Positions 1 to 9,871 of a stretch of 54,802 nucleotides of DNA are shown here, one piece after another; the first letter of the stretch is position 1; each line of letters begins with the position of its first letter. Source of the stretch: a virus. Its lineage: Duplodnaviria; Heunggongvirae; Uroviricota; Caudoviricetes. The notes below the pieces were generated by a model. That model had not been told where the DNA came from. It worked only from the letters and a program-made list of their open reading frames with translations, and searched no databases. The DNA is taken from IMG/VR virus record IMGVR_UViG_3300036766_002280, positions 1 to 54,802 of that record. One strand, 5' to 3'. Position numbers and translations under genes: made by a program.

Positions 1-3000
1 TTTGTTCTAGGAAATTATGCTTATATTACAAATTATGGTTCTAACAACTTTCAAATCTTTGATGTGTCCGTTCCTTCATCAACTTCTCCTCACACATTGC
101 TGAGCACCACCACCACAGGAACAGGACCCTATGATGTTTTTGTGGTGGGTAATTATGCTTATATAGTAGACTATGGTTCTAACAACTTTCAAATCTGGGA
201 TATAAGTTCTCCAACAGCCCCAGTTCTAAAAAGCACCACCATCACAGGAACAGGACCTTTCAGAATTTTTGTGGTAGGAAATTATGCCTATGTAGCAGTT
301 TATACCTCTAACAATTTTCAAATCTTCGACATTACCACAACAGGAACTGCCTACTTTGGGGGTTACGGAAACAGTCCTGGAATAATTGCACGTATTAATC
401 TATCTAGTTTTTCGTTTACAGATTCAGTAACTTTAATTAGTGGGGAAAACAGTCCCAGAAATGGTGTGATAGATGTAACAAATCAATTGCTCTACTGGGC
501 TTTGGATTTATCTCCAGGAAAGATCGTAAAAATAGATTTGAAAACATTTACACGTAGTAGCGTAATTACTCTTCATTCTACTGCATCTCTTCTTTATGCC
601 GCCGCTATTGATGTCCCAAATGGGTTTGCCTACTTCGGAGAGTATGTTAGTCCAGGTAATATAATCAAAGTAAGATTATCAGATTTTACTCTTGTAAATG
701 TTTTACAGCTTAATACTGGAGAGAATCTTCCTCATGATTTATTTATAGATGGTCTGAGTCAGTTTCTTTATGCGGCCTGCTCTACCTCCCCAGGAATTGT
801 TGTCAAAATAAATCTTACTACATTCACAAGAGTTGGGTTTATTACCTTTAACAGTGGTGAAAATTTTTGCAATTCAGGCGTAATAGATACCGTAAATGGA
901 TTTCTATATATTGGCACAGATACCACAGTAGGAAAAGTGGTAAAAATTAATTTAACAACCTTTTTAGAAGTGGGTACGGCACTTTCACTAAATTCAGGAG
1001 AAAATATTCTTTATTCTGCAGTCATAGATCAGCCAAACCAATTTGCTTATTTTGGAACAAAAACTGTTCCAGGAATCGTTGTCAAAATAAATTTAAATGT
1101 AGCAGCTTCTTCCCCACCTACAAGAGTAGGAGCAGTTAGCGGCATTAGTGGAGAAGATAATTTTTATTCTGCAGTCATAGATCAGCCAAATAAGTTGGCT
1201 TACTTCGGATGCGGCACAGACCCAGGAAAAGTAGTTAAGTTTGATTTGAACGTAGGTGCAGGTTCCCCACCAACAAGAGTTGGGGTAGTTAATTTTGTTA
1301 GTGGGGAAAGATACGCCACCTTTGCTGTAATAGATACAACGAATTTATTTCCTGCTTTGAAGAGTACTACCACTACAGGAAATGCCCCCAACAATAGTTT
1401 TACCTTAGGTAATTATACCTATGTGGCCAATTATACTTCAGGCACTTTTCAAATTTTTGACATATCAAATCCAGCATCCCCAGTTCTGAAAAATGGATCT
1501 CCGGGAACTACCACGGGTTCCGGTTGTTATGGCATTTTTGTTGTAGGAATTTATTGCTATATAGTTAATCAGTCTGCCAACACTTTCCAAATCTGGGATA
1601 TAAGTTCCCCCACTGCTCCAGTATTAAAAAGCAGTACTGGTATAGCTGGAACAAACTCATCATATGTTTATGTTTTGAATAATTATGCTTATATAGCAAA
1701 CAGCTCAACAAATGCCTTTATGATTTTTGATGTTTCTTCTTCTAATGCACCAGCTTTAAGAAGTACAACTCCAGTAGGGGCAAGTTCTAATCCACAAGGT
1801 GTTGTTGTAGCTGGAAATTTTTTATATATAGCAAACTACGGCACAAATAATTTTCAGGTGTGGGATATTTCCAATCCTTTAGCACCTTCACAAGTAGGAT
1901 TAAACAACTCAACAGGGGCAGGTTCTAATCCAAGAGAATTGGTAATTGCTGGAAATTATCTCTATATTAATAATACTGGCACCAATGCTTTTCAAATTTG
2001 GGACATCGCTGTCCCTGCTTCTCCAGTTCTAAAAAGTACTACCACAACAGGCACCTATCCGTATGGAATTGGAGTAGTAGGGAATTACGCTTATATTACA
2101 ACCAACTCCTCAAGTCAATTAGATATATGGGATATCAGTTCTCCCACAGTTCCGCTACTAAAAAGTAGAACTCCTACTGGAAGTGGTCCACGAAGCTTGT
2201 GGGTGGTTGGGAATTATGTTTCTTTCACAAATGGAACAGCCAACAATTTCCAAATCTTCGACATTACCACAATTGGAACAGCTTATTTTGCAACAGATAC
2301 ACTAGCCGCAGCAAATATTGTAGTTAGAATAAATTTAACAACTTTTACAAGAACGGATGCCCTTACTTTGAATTCAGCTGAACAAAGAGCAGCTGGTTTT
2401 GTTATTGATACAGTAAATCAGATAGCTTATTTGAGCACCTATAATACTCCTGGTCAAATTGTAAAGATAAATACTGCTTCTTTTACACGAGTTGGAGCCG
2501 TAACAATTTTAGCAGAAAATAGACCCTTTTCGGCTGCTATTGATACTGTAAATCAATTCGCTTATTTTGGGTGCTACGTGTCTCCAGCTATTATTGTAAA
2601 AGTAGATCTAAGTACGTTTGTTAGGGTATTTTCATTAACGTTGAATACGGGAGAAAATCTGGCCTATCATGCTTTGTTGATTGACGTAACTCATCAGCTC
2701 TTGTACGTAGGATTGTATACTACTTCAGGAATTGTAGTAAAAATAGATTTGGCCACGTTTTCAAGATCGGCAGCCTTAACGTTTAATACTGGTGAGAATT
2801 CTATAGGATCAGGGGTAATAGACGTAGCAAATCAATTGATGTATTTTGGAACAGATACTAGTCCTGGAAACATTATAAAGGTAGGCGAAGGAGCTATAAC
2901 AAATTATTCAAAAACATTATCGTTGGATTCATTTTTGCTTACGCATTTTAGTAAACAATCTAATTTTGATGCAGCATTGTGGAATAAAACTTATCCAGAA

Positions 3001-3210
3001 AATTTAGTGTTGCTATGTGCTAGTACTTCAGCTATTAGATTAGACTGGATGGATAACTCCGGTGGAGCATCTAACTTCGTAGTTGAAAGAAGAAGAGATG
3101 ATGAAACAAATTTTACTTCTATTGCTACAGTACCTGCTGGTACTTCAGTTTACGTGGATAGTGGATTAAGTACTGTTTTGGGGTATACTTATAGAGTACG
3201 GTATTATTAA
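1..3210 (+). CDS. Large beta-propeller repeat protein (LVIVD-type blades alternating with a second blade type) with C-terminal fibronectin type III domain; 5'-truncated by the window; likely virion appendage/adhesin
   Basis: Frame 1 is open from base 1, so the ORF-track start at 64 is internal. Repeats 'VVGNYAYI...FQIWDISSPTAPVLKS' and 'AVIDxxNxxAYFG...PGxVVKIxLxTF'. C-terminal 'IRLDWMDNS...FVVER...YVDSGL...YTYRV' is FN3-like. Confidence 0.75.
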   Translation, partial: FVLGNYAYITNYGSNNFQIFDVSVPSSTSPHTLLSTTTTGTGPYDVFVVGNYAYIVDYGSNNFQIWDISSPTAPVLKSTTITGTGPFRIFVVGNYAYVAVYTSNNFQIFDITTTGTAYFGGYGNSPGIIARINLSSFSFTDSVTLISGENSPRNGVIDVTNQLLYWALDLSPGKIVKIDLKTFTRSSVITLHSTASLLYAAAIDVPNGFAYFGEYVSPGNIIKVRLSDFTLVNVLQLNTGENLPHDLFIDGLSQFLYAACSTSPGIVVKINLTTFTRVGFITFNSGENFCNSGVIDTVNGFLYIGTDTTVGKVVKINLTTFLEVGTALSLNSGENILYSAVIDQPNQFAYFGTKTVPGIVVKINLNVAASSPPTRVGAVSGISGEDNFYSAVIDQPNKLAYFGCGTDPGKVVKFDLNVGAGSPPTRVGVVNFVSGERYATFAVIDTTNLFPALKSTTTTGNAPNNSFTLGNYTYVANYTSGTFQIFDISNPASPVLKNGSPGTTTGSGCYGIFVVGIYCYIVNQSANTFQIWDISSPTAPVLKSSTGIAGTNSSYVYVLNNYAYIANSSTNAFMIFDVSSSNAPALRSTTPVGASSNPQGVVVAGNFLYIANYGTNNFQVWDISNPLAPSQVGLNNSTGAGSNPRELVIAGNYLYINNTGTNAFQIWDIAVPASPVLKSTTTTGTYPYGIGVVGNYAYITTNSSSQLDIWDISSPTVPLLKSRTPTGSGPRSLWVVGNYVSFTNGTANNFQIFDITTIGTAYFATDTLAAANIVVRINLTTFTRTDALTLNSAEQRAAGFVIDTVNQIAYLSTYNTPGQIVKINTASFTRVGAVTILAENRPFSAAIDTVNQFAYFGCYVSPAIIVKVDLSTFVRVFSLTLNTGENLAYHALLIDVTHQLLYVGLYTTSGIVVKIDLATFSRSAALTFNTGENSIGSGVIDVANQLMYFGTDTSPGNIIKVGEGAITNYSKTLSLDSFLLTHFSKQSNFDAALWNKTYPENLVLLCASTSAIRLDWMDNSGGASNFVVERRRDDETNFTSIATVPAGTSVYVDSGLSTVLGYTYRVRYY

Positions 3211-3245
3211 AGAGTTTTGTGAAAGGTATCAATGGAGGTTAGAAA

Positions 3246-5369
3246 TTGAGTTACTACAGGACAAACGCACAAGTAGCAGTTAACGTACGCATGATTACTG
3301 CCGCAGGATCTCCAGTTACAGGATTAACTTTTTCTAATTTTTCTGTTACTTTGATAAAGGGAGGAATTACTGTAAATATAACTAGTTTGTATACTATCGC
3401 CGAGCAACAATATGGTGTGTACCGAATAGCATTAGATTCTTCTGTTACAGGAACAGCTGATATTGACTACGTGTTGATAGTAAGGGATCTAACGGGACTA
3501 GCTCTTACAGACGCAGTTGAGTTTACTCTTTACAATGAATCGATTGATACCGTCAAAGCAGATGTCGATTCTACAACTTCTGTGCTATCAGCGAAGTTAG
3601 ACGTTGTTACAAGTTACACAGACGAAGTAGAACCACTCTTAAAAAACTCTTCTTATGGTTTATCTGCTTTGCAGACGTTGGTAAATAGCCTAAGCACTCA
3701 GTTAGCTACGGCAAGATCAGCTATCGAAGGAGATATCTCATCTTCAAGTAATAGTCAAACCGTTTTGTTGAATCAGATTATAAGCAATCAAAGTTCTGGT
3801 TCTGGATCAATATTAACGCAGATTGCTTTAGTAGCTTCAAAGTGTGACATTGTTCTAAGCTATACCGATGAGGTAGAACCACTTCTAAAAAATACTACCT
3901 ATGGTTTATCTGCCTTAAAAACTGAGTTAGATAGTATTTTAACAAAGGTGCTGTTGACGGCACAAGAAACTGATTTGGTATCTCACATGTCTACCACAAG
4001 TACTAATTTTACTAATCTATCCGCCCAAGTTACAACAGCTGTAAATGATGTGTTAATTAATACCAATTTACTGAATATAATCGTTTCGTACGTAAACACA
4101 CTAAATCCTCTTCTAACGAATGCAACCTATGGCTTATCGGCGTTAAAGGCGGAATTAGATACCATTTTAACCAATGCCTCATTAAACACTACTAGTATAA
4201 ACTCGAATGTTACTTCTCAGACGAATATCACTTCAACTAAGGTGGACGCACTATCTACTACGTTAGGAACCGACTATTCTAATCTTACGAGTCAGATTGG
4301 ATTAATTCCTACCAATCCGTTGAAAGCAAACGACGCTCTGGCTTTGAATTTGGCAAAGTTAGATACGACCGTATCTAGCATCGCTGTATCGGCAGCTCAG
4401 CAGGTTTGGAGTTTTGGGGCAAGATATCTTAGTGGAACATCTGGGGTTAATCAGATAGACGTATCAGGCATCGATGCAGGATTTTTGGTTGGGCAGGATG
4501 CCCACATCAATGTGGCGCTACTTGATTCTACAGCTGTGGCAGTTACAGGAAGAACTTATCCTGGAAGTCTAGGGGTTGGATTCTGGAGAGGTGGGGCATC
4601 AACTACGCCAACAGGGGTTACAGTTCAGGAAACGGCTGCAGGAGTCTACAGGACGACCATTCCAGGGGCTCTGATTAATACTCCTGCAATCGATTATCTT
4701 TTAGTTGTTTCCGATACAAGTAGTGTTGGAACTACTCAGAGAGTTGAGTTTACAGCATTTCAACTCACTGGAATAGCCGGTCCTCGAACAGTAACAGTCA
4801 TAGCAAACGATTCTAATACGTTGTTGCCAATTCCCGATACTCAAATTTATGTCAAGGACCCGACCAATTCAATGATTATTAACAAAGGATTAACGGATGT
4901 ATCTGGAAGGTATACTACGGGGTTAACGGATGGAACTTATAAAGTTATTCTTAGAAAAAGTTTTGTAGATTTTGTCGTTCCACAAAATTTAACAGTATCT
5001 GGAGATACCACAGCAGTTTATCTTGGAGCAGCATTTACTCCAGTAAGTCCTACTAGTCCAACAACGTGTGTAGTCTACGGCTGGATTACAGATTTAGGTG
5101 GTACTGCGGTAAGAAACGCAACTATTATCGCAAAAGATCCAAGTAACGCAAGTTATAGTGGGGTATACAAACTTGGCAAGACATCAAAACAAACTACTAC
5201 CGATAGCAATGGTTACTGGAATTTACAGCTGATTAAAAATTCACAGTTAATTCCTGCAGGTGTGCCTTATCAAGTTGAAATTTCTTATCCGGGGTTTAGT
5301 TATAAGGCATCGGTTGTTATTCCGGATACTTCATCAGTGGAGTTTAGCACAGTGGCACAAACAATATGA
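3246..5369 (+). CDS. Virion structural/accessory protein with duplicated Ig-like domain, three internal helical repeats and C-terminal beta-sandwich domains
   Basis: TTG start after GGAGG. Three copies of 'YxxxxxPLLxNxxYGLSAL'. Two copies of 'GVYRxxx...DYxLxV...VEFT'. Ser/Thr-rich. Lies in the structural region. Confidence 0.5.
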   Translation: MSYYRTNAQVAVNVRMITAAGSPVTGLTFSNFSVTLIKGGITVNITSLYTIAEQQYGVYRIALDSSVTGTADIDYVLIVRDLTGLALTDAVEFTLYNESIDTVKADVDSTTSVLSAKLDVVTSYTDEVEPLLKNSSYGLSALQTLVNSLSTQLATARSAIEGDISSSSNSQTVLLNQIISNQSSGSGSILTQIALVASKCDIVLSYTDEVEPLLKNTTYGLSALKTELDSILTKVLLTAQETDLVSHMSTTSTNFTNLSAQVTTAVNDVLINTNLLNIIVSYVNTLNPLLTNATYGLSALKAELDTILTNASLNTTSINSNVTSQTNITSTKVDALSTTLGTDYSNLTSQIGLIPTNPLKANDALALNLAKLDTTVSSIAVSAAQQVWSFGARYLSGTSGVNQIDVSGIDAGFLVGQDAHINVALLDSTAVAVTGRTYPGSLGVGFWRGGASTTPTGVTVQETAAGVYRTTIPGALINTPAIDYLLVVSDTSSVGTTQRVEFTAFQLTGIAGPRTVTVIANDSNTLLPIPDTQIYVKDPTNSMIINKGLTDVSGRYTTGLTDGTYKVILRKSFVDFVVPQNLTVSGDTTAVYLGAAFTPVSPTSPTTCVVYGWITDLGGTAVRNATIIAKDPSNASYSGVYKLGKTSKQTTTDSNGYWNLQLIKNSQLIPAGVPYQVEISYPGFSYKASVVIPDTSSVEFSTVAQTI

Positions 5370-6241
5370 TTGTTAAATTGGTAAATGTTTTAAAATTTAT
5401 TTTGAAGCATTGTCGTTGTGGTTGTGGAGAGAAAGTAAAGTTTGGTAATAGATTCATTAGTGGGCATAATTTAGGAATTTCTTGGAATAAAGGGCTGTCT
5501 AAAGAAGTTGACAAGCGCCTAAGAATCATGGCTGAAAATAAGATAGGTAAGAAGCATACAAAGGAATCTAAGAGAAAAATGGGTTTGTCTAATGTAGGAC
5601 GTCGTGGATGGAATAAAGGATTGACCAAAGAAACAGACGAAAGAGTAAAAAAACAGGCTGAAAAAATGTTATCAAAAGAGTATAATACGTGTTTTCTTTT
5701 AGGTAAAAAATTATACGAAGAAAGTAAGGAATATTTTTGTGCCTGTGGTTGTGGTCAAAAAATAGTTTTGAAGCACTGGCATAGATCTGAAGGAGTTCCA
5801 AAATATCTTCATGGGCACAATGCTAAAACTTTTGAATTCAAACAAAAACAAAAAGAATGGATTCGGCAGAAAGTTATTCCATTTCAAGACACTTCTATCG
5901 AAATCAAACTTCAAAATGCTTTAACAAGAGAAAATATCATTTTCGAAAAACATAAGCCAATTATAGGACATCCAGACATTTTCATATCGCCGAACGTCTG
6001 TGTTTTCGCAGACGGCGACTACTGGCACGGCAATCCAAAGTTTTATAAGGAAAGCGATACTATTGCTATAGACAAAAGAGCTCAAGAAATCTGGGACAAA
6101 GATTTGAGCATAACCAAAACTTTAACATCCAAAGGCTATACCATTCTCCGCTTCTGGGAACACGAGATAAATAGTAATTTAGAAGAATGTATTAGCAGGA
6201 TAAAAGAGATTCATAGTTCGATCGATTTTTCCACTCTTTAG
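5366..6241 (+). CDS. Putative homing endonuclease: CxCGCG zinc motifs, NUMOD3-like repeats and C-terminal Vsr/DUF559-type PD-(D/E)xK nuclease
   Basis: 'CRCGCGE' and 'CACGCGQ'; 'WNKGL(S/T)KExD(K/E)R' twice; 'HPDIFI...VFADGDYWHG...GYTILRFWEHEI'. Start overlaps the upstream stop (ATGA). Confidence 0.8.
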   Translation: MIVKLVNVLKFILKHCRCGCGEKVKFGNRFISGHNLGISWNKGLSKEVDKRLRIMAENKIGKKHTKESKRKMGLSNVGRRGWNKGLTKETDERVKKQAEKMLSKEYNTCFLLGKKLYEESKEYFCACGCGQKIVLKHWHRSEGVPKYLHGHNAKTFEFKQKQKEWIRQKVIPFQDTSIEIKLQNALTRENIIFEKHKPIIGHPDIFISPNVCVFADGDYWHGNPKFYKESDTIAIDKRAQEIWDKDLSITKTLTSKGYTILRFWEHEINSNLEECISRIKEIHSSIDFSTL

Positions 6242-6265
6242 AAATTAGAAGGAGAATACTTCCCA

Positions 6266-6535
6266 ATGGAAATTTCTGAAAGTTCAAAAGATAAAATACT
6301 AGATTTAGATAAAAGATTTGAAGCAATGGATGGTGTTTTAGAGGGTGTGGTTCAAGGGCAAGCTGAATTGAGAATGATTCACGTAAAAAAGCTTATGTGC
6401 CATAGTATAAAGAAGGAAGATATATTTGTTGGATGCACTAAAACAGCGGATGATTGTCTTCTTTTCGGGGATCCACAGTGCTGCATACACAGATTAAATA
6501 CGAGTACGAATACGAATACGAACACGATTTTGTAG
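6266..6535 (+). CDS. Hypothetical protein (89 aa, Cys-containing C-terminus)
   Basis: ATG after AAGGAG; no recognisable domain. Confidence 0.5.
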   Translation: MEISESSKDKILDLDKRFEAMDGVLEGVVQGQAELRMIHVKKLMCHSIKKEDIFVGCTKTADDCLLFGDPQCCIHRLNTSTNTNTNTIL

Positions 6536-6550
6536 AGGAGAACGAACTTA

Positions 6551-6883
6551 ATGTCGGTAGATGAGCTCGAGCTTTTGCTGGCCCGCCTCGATGAGCGCAG
6601 CCGCAGTATGGAAAAATCGATTAATCAAATTGTAAGCGACCAAAAAGATACTAATAAAATTTTGGCTCAAATGGCAAAGGAACAGGAGCGAGTAAACATT
6701 CTTGATGCTGATTTAAGAAATCTAAAAGCAGAAGTTACGAAGAATAGTGAGTGGGTTGATTGCCAAACACGTGATCAACTAAAACGAAAAAATGATTTTA
6801 TTTTTGAATTACTAAAATTTTTAGTTATTGCCATGATCGGTGGGGTTCTTGGGAGCCTAGGAATTCGAGTAATAGAAAAATAA
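6551..6883 (+). CDS. Coiled-coil protein with C-terminal transmembrane helix (holin/XhlA-like topology)
   Basis: 'LARLDERSRSMEKSINQI' coiled coil; hydrophobic 'FLVIAMIGGVLGSLGI' at the C-terminus; GAGGAG RBS. Confidence 0.55.
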   Translation: MSVDELELLLARLDERSRSMEKSINQIVSDQKDTNKILAQMAKEQERVNILDADLRNLKAEVTKNSEWVDCQTRDQLKRKNDFIFELLKFLVIAMIGGVLGSLGIRVIEK

Positions 6884-6922
6884 AGAACGAACGAACGTTA
6901 CGAACGAAAGAAGAGGTGAGAA

Positions 6923-7414
6923 ATGGCAGCAAATGTTCAGATCCACGAAATAGTATCTGCTAGCGCTGGGGTGGATAAAACAAGCAGTACGATTCGATTC
7001 AAAGCAGCTGATACTACGTCTGTTGATACATCGAACGGGGTGGTAATTCCAAGCTCAGGAACAACCTATAGTTTTACAAAGCAGTTGAGATTTAATTTCA
7101 ACACAGCTCCAGTTACGAACATTCAAAATCTTAGGGCCTACAGTGCTGGTGGGGCAGGATTTGGAACTGGAGTAGGGGTAAATTATGATACCACGAATGT
7201 CTTTGGTAGTAACTTCAGTGTGAGTCTTGGAGGTACTAGTTTCTTTACGAAAACGAGTGGCTCTCCTATTGTCCTTGATACTACAAATGTTGGTCCCTTT
7301 ACTGGTACAGGGTATAAGGGTGATATTTTACGCCTGCAAATGAATCTAATATCGACCGCAACTGCAGGATTACTTGCTGCCCAGACAGCAACATTCACCT
7401 ACGACGAATCGTAA
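6923..7414 (+). CDS. Small beta-rich putative structural protein
   Basis: GAGGTG RBS; Gly/Thr-rich; ends '...TFTYDES', as seen in phage virion proteins; context. Confidence 0.45.
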   Translation: MAANVQIHEIVSASAGVDKTSSTIRFKAADTTSVDTSNGVVIPSSGTTYSFTKQLRFNFNTAPVTNIQNLRAYSAGGAGFGTGVGVNYDTTNVFGSNFSVSLGGTSFFTKTSGSPIVLDTTNVGPFTGTGYKGDILRLQMNLISTATAGLLAAQTATFTYDES

Positions 7415-7424
7415 TGGAGTCACA

Positions 7425-7799
7425 ATGATGGAAATCAGCACAGATGTTAAACTCAATTACCAGTGGGAAATCCAAACAGTAGAAGACGTAGTTTACAGCC
7501 AGTATCTTGAGACGGGACAGGAACTTAGTTTTGACATTGTTCCATTAAGTAAGGTCTGCAGAATTTCTTTGATTTCAAAGTTAGACAATCTTCCTCGTCA
7601 TGATTGCATTATCGATCTCGCTAAAGGGGAACGATTAGTAAAAAGATTTGGAAGAGGTATTATTAAAGAAAAAGAATCTGAAGGATATGCTACTGTTGAA
7701 TATCTTCAATGCGTTGAGACCACTAGTTATAGATTGTGGTTATTTTCTTCAAATGGCAGATGTTTGGTAACACATCCTAATTTTGAGTTGTATTTGTAG
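7425..7799 (+). CDS. Hypothetical protein (124 aa)
   Basis: ATG at 7425 after GGAG is preferred over the ORF-track start at 7374, which overlaps the previous gene. Confidence 0.55.
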   Translation: MMEISTDVKLNYQWEIQTVEDVVYSQYLETGQELSFDIVPLSKVCRISLISKLDNLPRHDCIIDLAKGERLVKRFGRGIIKEKESEGYATVEYLQCVETTSYRLWLFSSNGRCLVTHPNFELYL

Positions 7800-7805
7800 G
7801 TAAAA

Positions 7806-8933
7806 ATGGGTTTTATTTTAGCTGATACTTTAAATATAGGCACTACGTACAACGATGCTATTGCATCTGCCATTGATCTTGCAAACCAGGTTTTATATGT
7901 TGCTGCAACGAAAGGTACAAACGATTATTTTAACGTATTCAAAATATCTTTAACAACGTTTACACTTGTTGGAACAGTTAGTATTGCTGTGGCTTCAGCA
8001 ACTCAACCTTCTGCTTGCATGTCAATTGACTTAACAGGTAGAAAGTTATACGTAGCAAGACGAAATATAGGTGGTAACAATATGTTGGCTAGAATTGATC
8101 TGAATACTTTTACTTTAGATATTTCCAATTTGATTGGAAATGCTATTCAATATGGGTTAATTTATAGTGGTACCACCTTGTATGCTAATACCACAAACAA
8201 TATTACTTTATTAATTAATCCGTCAAATTTAGTTGTAACTTCTTCCGTAACACGAAGTGCCATTATAGCAGGAGGAGGTTTCTGCGTTGTACAAGATCAA
8301 TCAGGAAATCGTTATTGGAATAATACCTCTAATCCCGAACATCTTTCCAAGAACGAACCAGGAACTGGGCTGACTTTAAACAATGATGTAAGTTATTGTA
8401 CTTTTTCAAGCCAAACAATGGTTTTTGATTCTGTAAATAATCTAATCTATGTGTCAGGAACTGATTATTCTACTAAGTCGAAAGTTGCTATTGCAAAAAT
8501 TTCTACATTAAGTTATACAGATGTGGGATCTTTTATTCTGTCTTCTTTGGCCGCATCCACTTACGGGTACTCGGGAATTGCCACTGATGGCACTTATATT
8601 TTTTTAGCTAATGGAGTCAATTATTACAAAGTTGCTATTGCTACAGGTTCTATAGTAAATTCTATTACAACAGGAACAGTTGGAGTACATCAAATTCAAG
8701 TAGACCCAACATATCAATACGTTTATTACATTGGAAGTGTGGGAGGAAATGCTGGTGTTGCTAAAGTTTCTTATGGTCCTACTGGGACAAAAACTTTATC
8801 AATTGATTCATTGTTGCTTCAGCATAGTTTAAAAACTTCAGGATTAGATGCAAGCTTGTATCGATTACCATCGCCTGATACAGTTAAAAAGCCAATAAAA
8901 AGGTTATTTGGTTACAAAAGAAATATCAATTGA
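7806..8933 (+). CDS. Beta-propeller protein, putative virion accessory
   Basis: Blades such as 'SAIDLANQVLYVA...VFKISLTTFTLVG' resemble the second blade type of 1..3210. Confidence 0.6.
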   Translation: MGFILADTLNIGTTYNDAIASAIDLANQVLYVAATKGTNDYFNVFKISLTTFTLVGTVSIAVASATQPSACMSIDLTGRKLYVARRNIGGNNMLARIDLNTFTLDISNLIGNAIQYGLIYSGTTLYANTTNNITLLINPSNLVVTSSVTRSAIIAGGGFCVVQDQSGNRYWNNTSNPEHLSKNEPGTGLTLNNDVSYCTFSSQTMVFDSVNNLIYVSGTDYSTKSKVAIAKISTLSYTDVGSFILSSLAASTYGYSGIATDGTYIFLANGVNYYKVAIATGSIVNSITTGTVGVHQIQVDPTYQYVYYIGSVGGNAGVAKVSYGPTGTKTLSIDSLLLQHSLKTSGLDASLYRLPSPDTVKKPIKRLFGYKRNIN

Positions 8934-8982
8934 CGTAAAGTAGAATAGAAAACGTTAAACAATTTTGTAGGAGGGTAAATCC

Positions 8983-9819
8983 GTGCCAGGCACATTCACA
9001 TCGCAGACTTTAACGAACCCGAACCAAAGTTTTATTTTGTTATCAGGGCAAACCAAAAGAATAAAAGTAAACTTCAATAATGCAAACGCAGTTGACTACG
9101 ATCCAGCTATCTTGAGCATCGTTATCTACAGATCAGATAATATAGTTTACAAACAAGAAACTTACAGCCCAAGCGGAACGGTAATCATAAAAGATTCAAC
9201 GGGAAATTACCATATTGATTTTACAGGGGATACTAATTATTTAGGGGACTATCAATTTGTTTGGGCATGGAGAGATAGTTTAACGGGAGATTTTTTTAAT
9301 GGATTTCAGATGGTATCGTTGATTCCAGTGAATGTTATACCGTTAGTTCCAACTCTTCGAAGTCAGTTGGATAAGGCTCAGTTGGATTTGAATACTATTT
9401 TTGGGTACAACGATGAGAATCTGTATATGTATTTGAAAGGAGCAGTAAGTCGTATCAATATGGCTCCACCAAATACTGATCTGACCTTAGTCAACTTTCC
9501 ATACAATATAAATTTCCAGCTCGTAATTGATGTGGCAACTTTTATTGGGCTGGAAGCACAAGGGCTTTTAAGTATCAGCACGGATGCTAATTATAATCTT
9601 CAAGGTAATAGTATGACCGTAGACCACTGGAGTAAGATTTCACAATTTTTAAGTATGCTAGAGAAACGAACTGATCTGTCATTAAGACATTTTAAACTGA
9701 ATTATTTGACAAGGATAGGGGCAGTAAAAAGTGAAAGAGGACCTGGATTTAGACAGGTGAGCATATTTAGTGCCTCTCCCGGAGGAACGTCATTCGGGAA
9801 TTTCATGGGAGTTCGTTAA
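8983..9819 (+). CDS. Putative head-tail adaptor/neck protein with N-terminal Ig-like domain
   Basis: GTG after GGAGG. N-terminal beta-sandwich ('GNYHIDF...DYQFVWAW'), then helical 'YLKGAVSRINMAPP...'. Position upstream of tail genes. Confidence 0.5.
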   Translation: MPGTFTSQTLTNPNQSFILLSGQTKRIKVNFNNANAVDYDPAILSIVIYRSDNIVYKQETYSPSGTVIIKDSTGNYHIDFTGDTNYLGDYQFVWAWRDSLTGDFFNGFQMVSLIPVNVIPLVPTLRSQLDKAQLDLNTIFGYNDENLYMYLKGAVSRINMAPPNTDLTLVNFPYNINFQLVIDVATFIGLEAQGLLSISTDANYNLQGNSMTVDHWSKISQFLSMLEKRTDLSLRHFKLNYLTRIGAVKSERGPGFRQVSIFSASPGGTSFGNFMGVR

Positions 9820-9836
9820 TTTATATCCATATTTAT

Positions 9837-9865
9837 TTGAAATTTACGTTACAATCAAGTATAAT
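9837..9865 (+). promoter_or_regulatory. Sigma70-type promoter directly upstream of the ATG at 9872 (probable leaderless transcript)
   Basis: TTGAAA (9837-9842), 17 nt, TATAAT (9860-9865); ATG 6 nt later; no Shine-Dalgarno. Confidence 0.6.
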
Positions 9866-9871
9866 AATATT

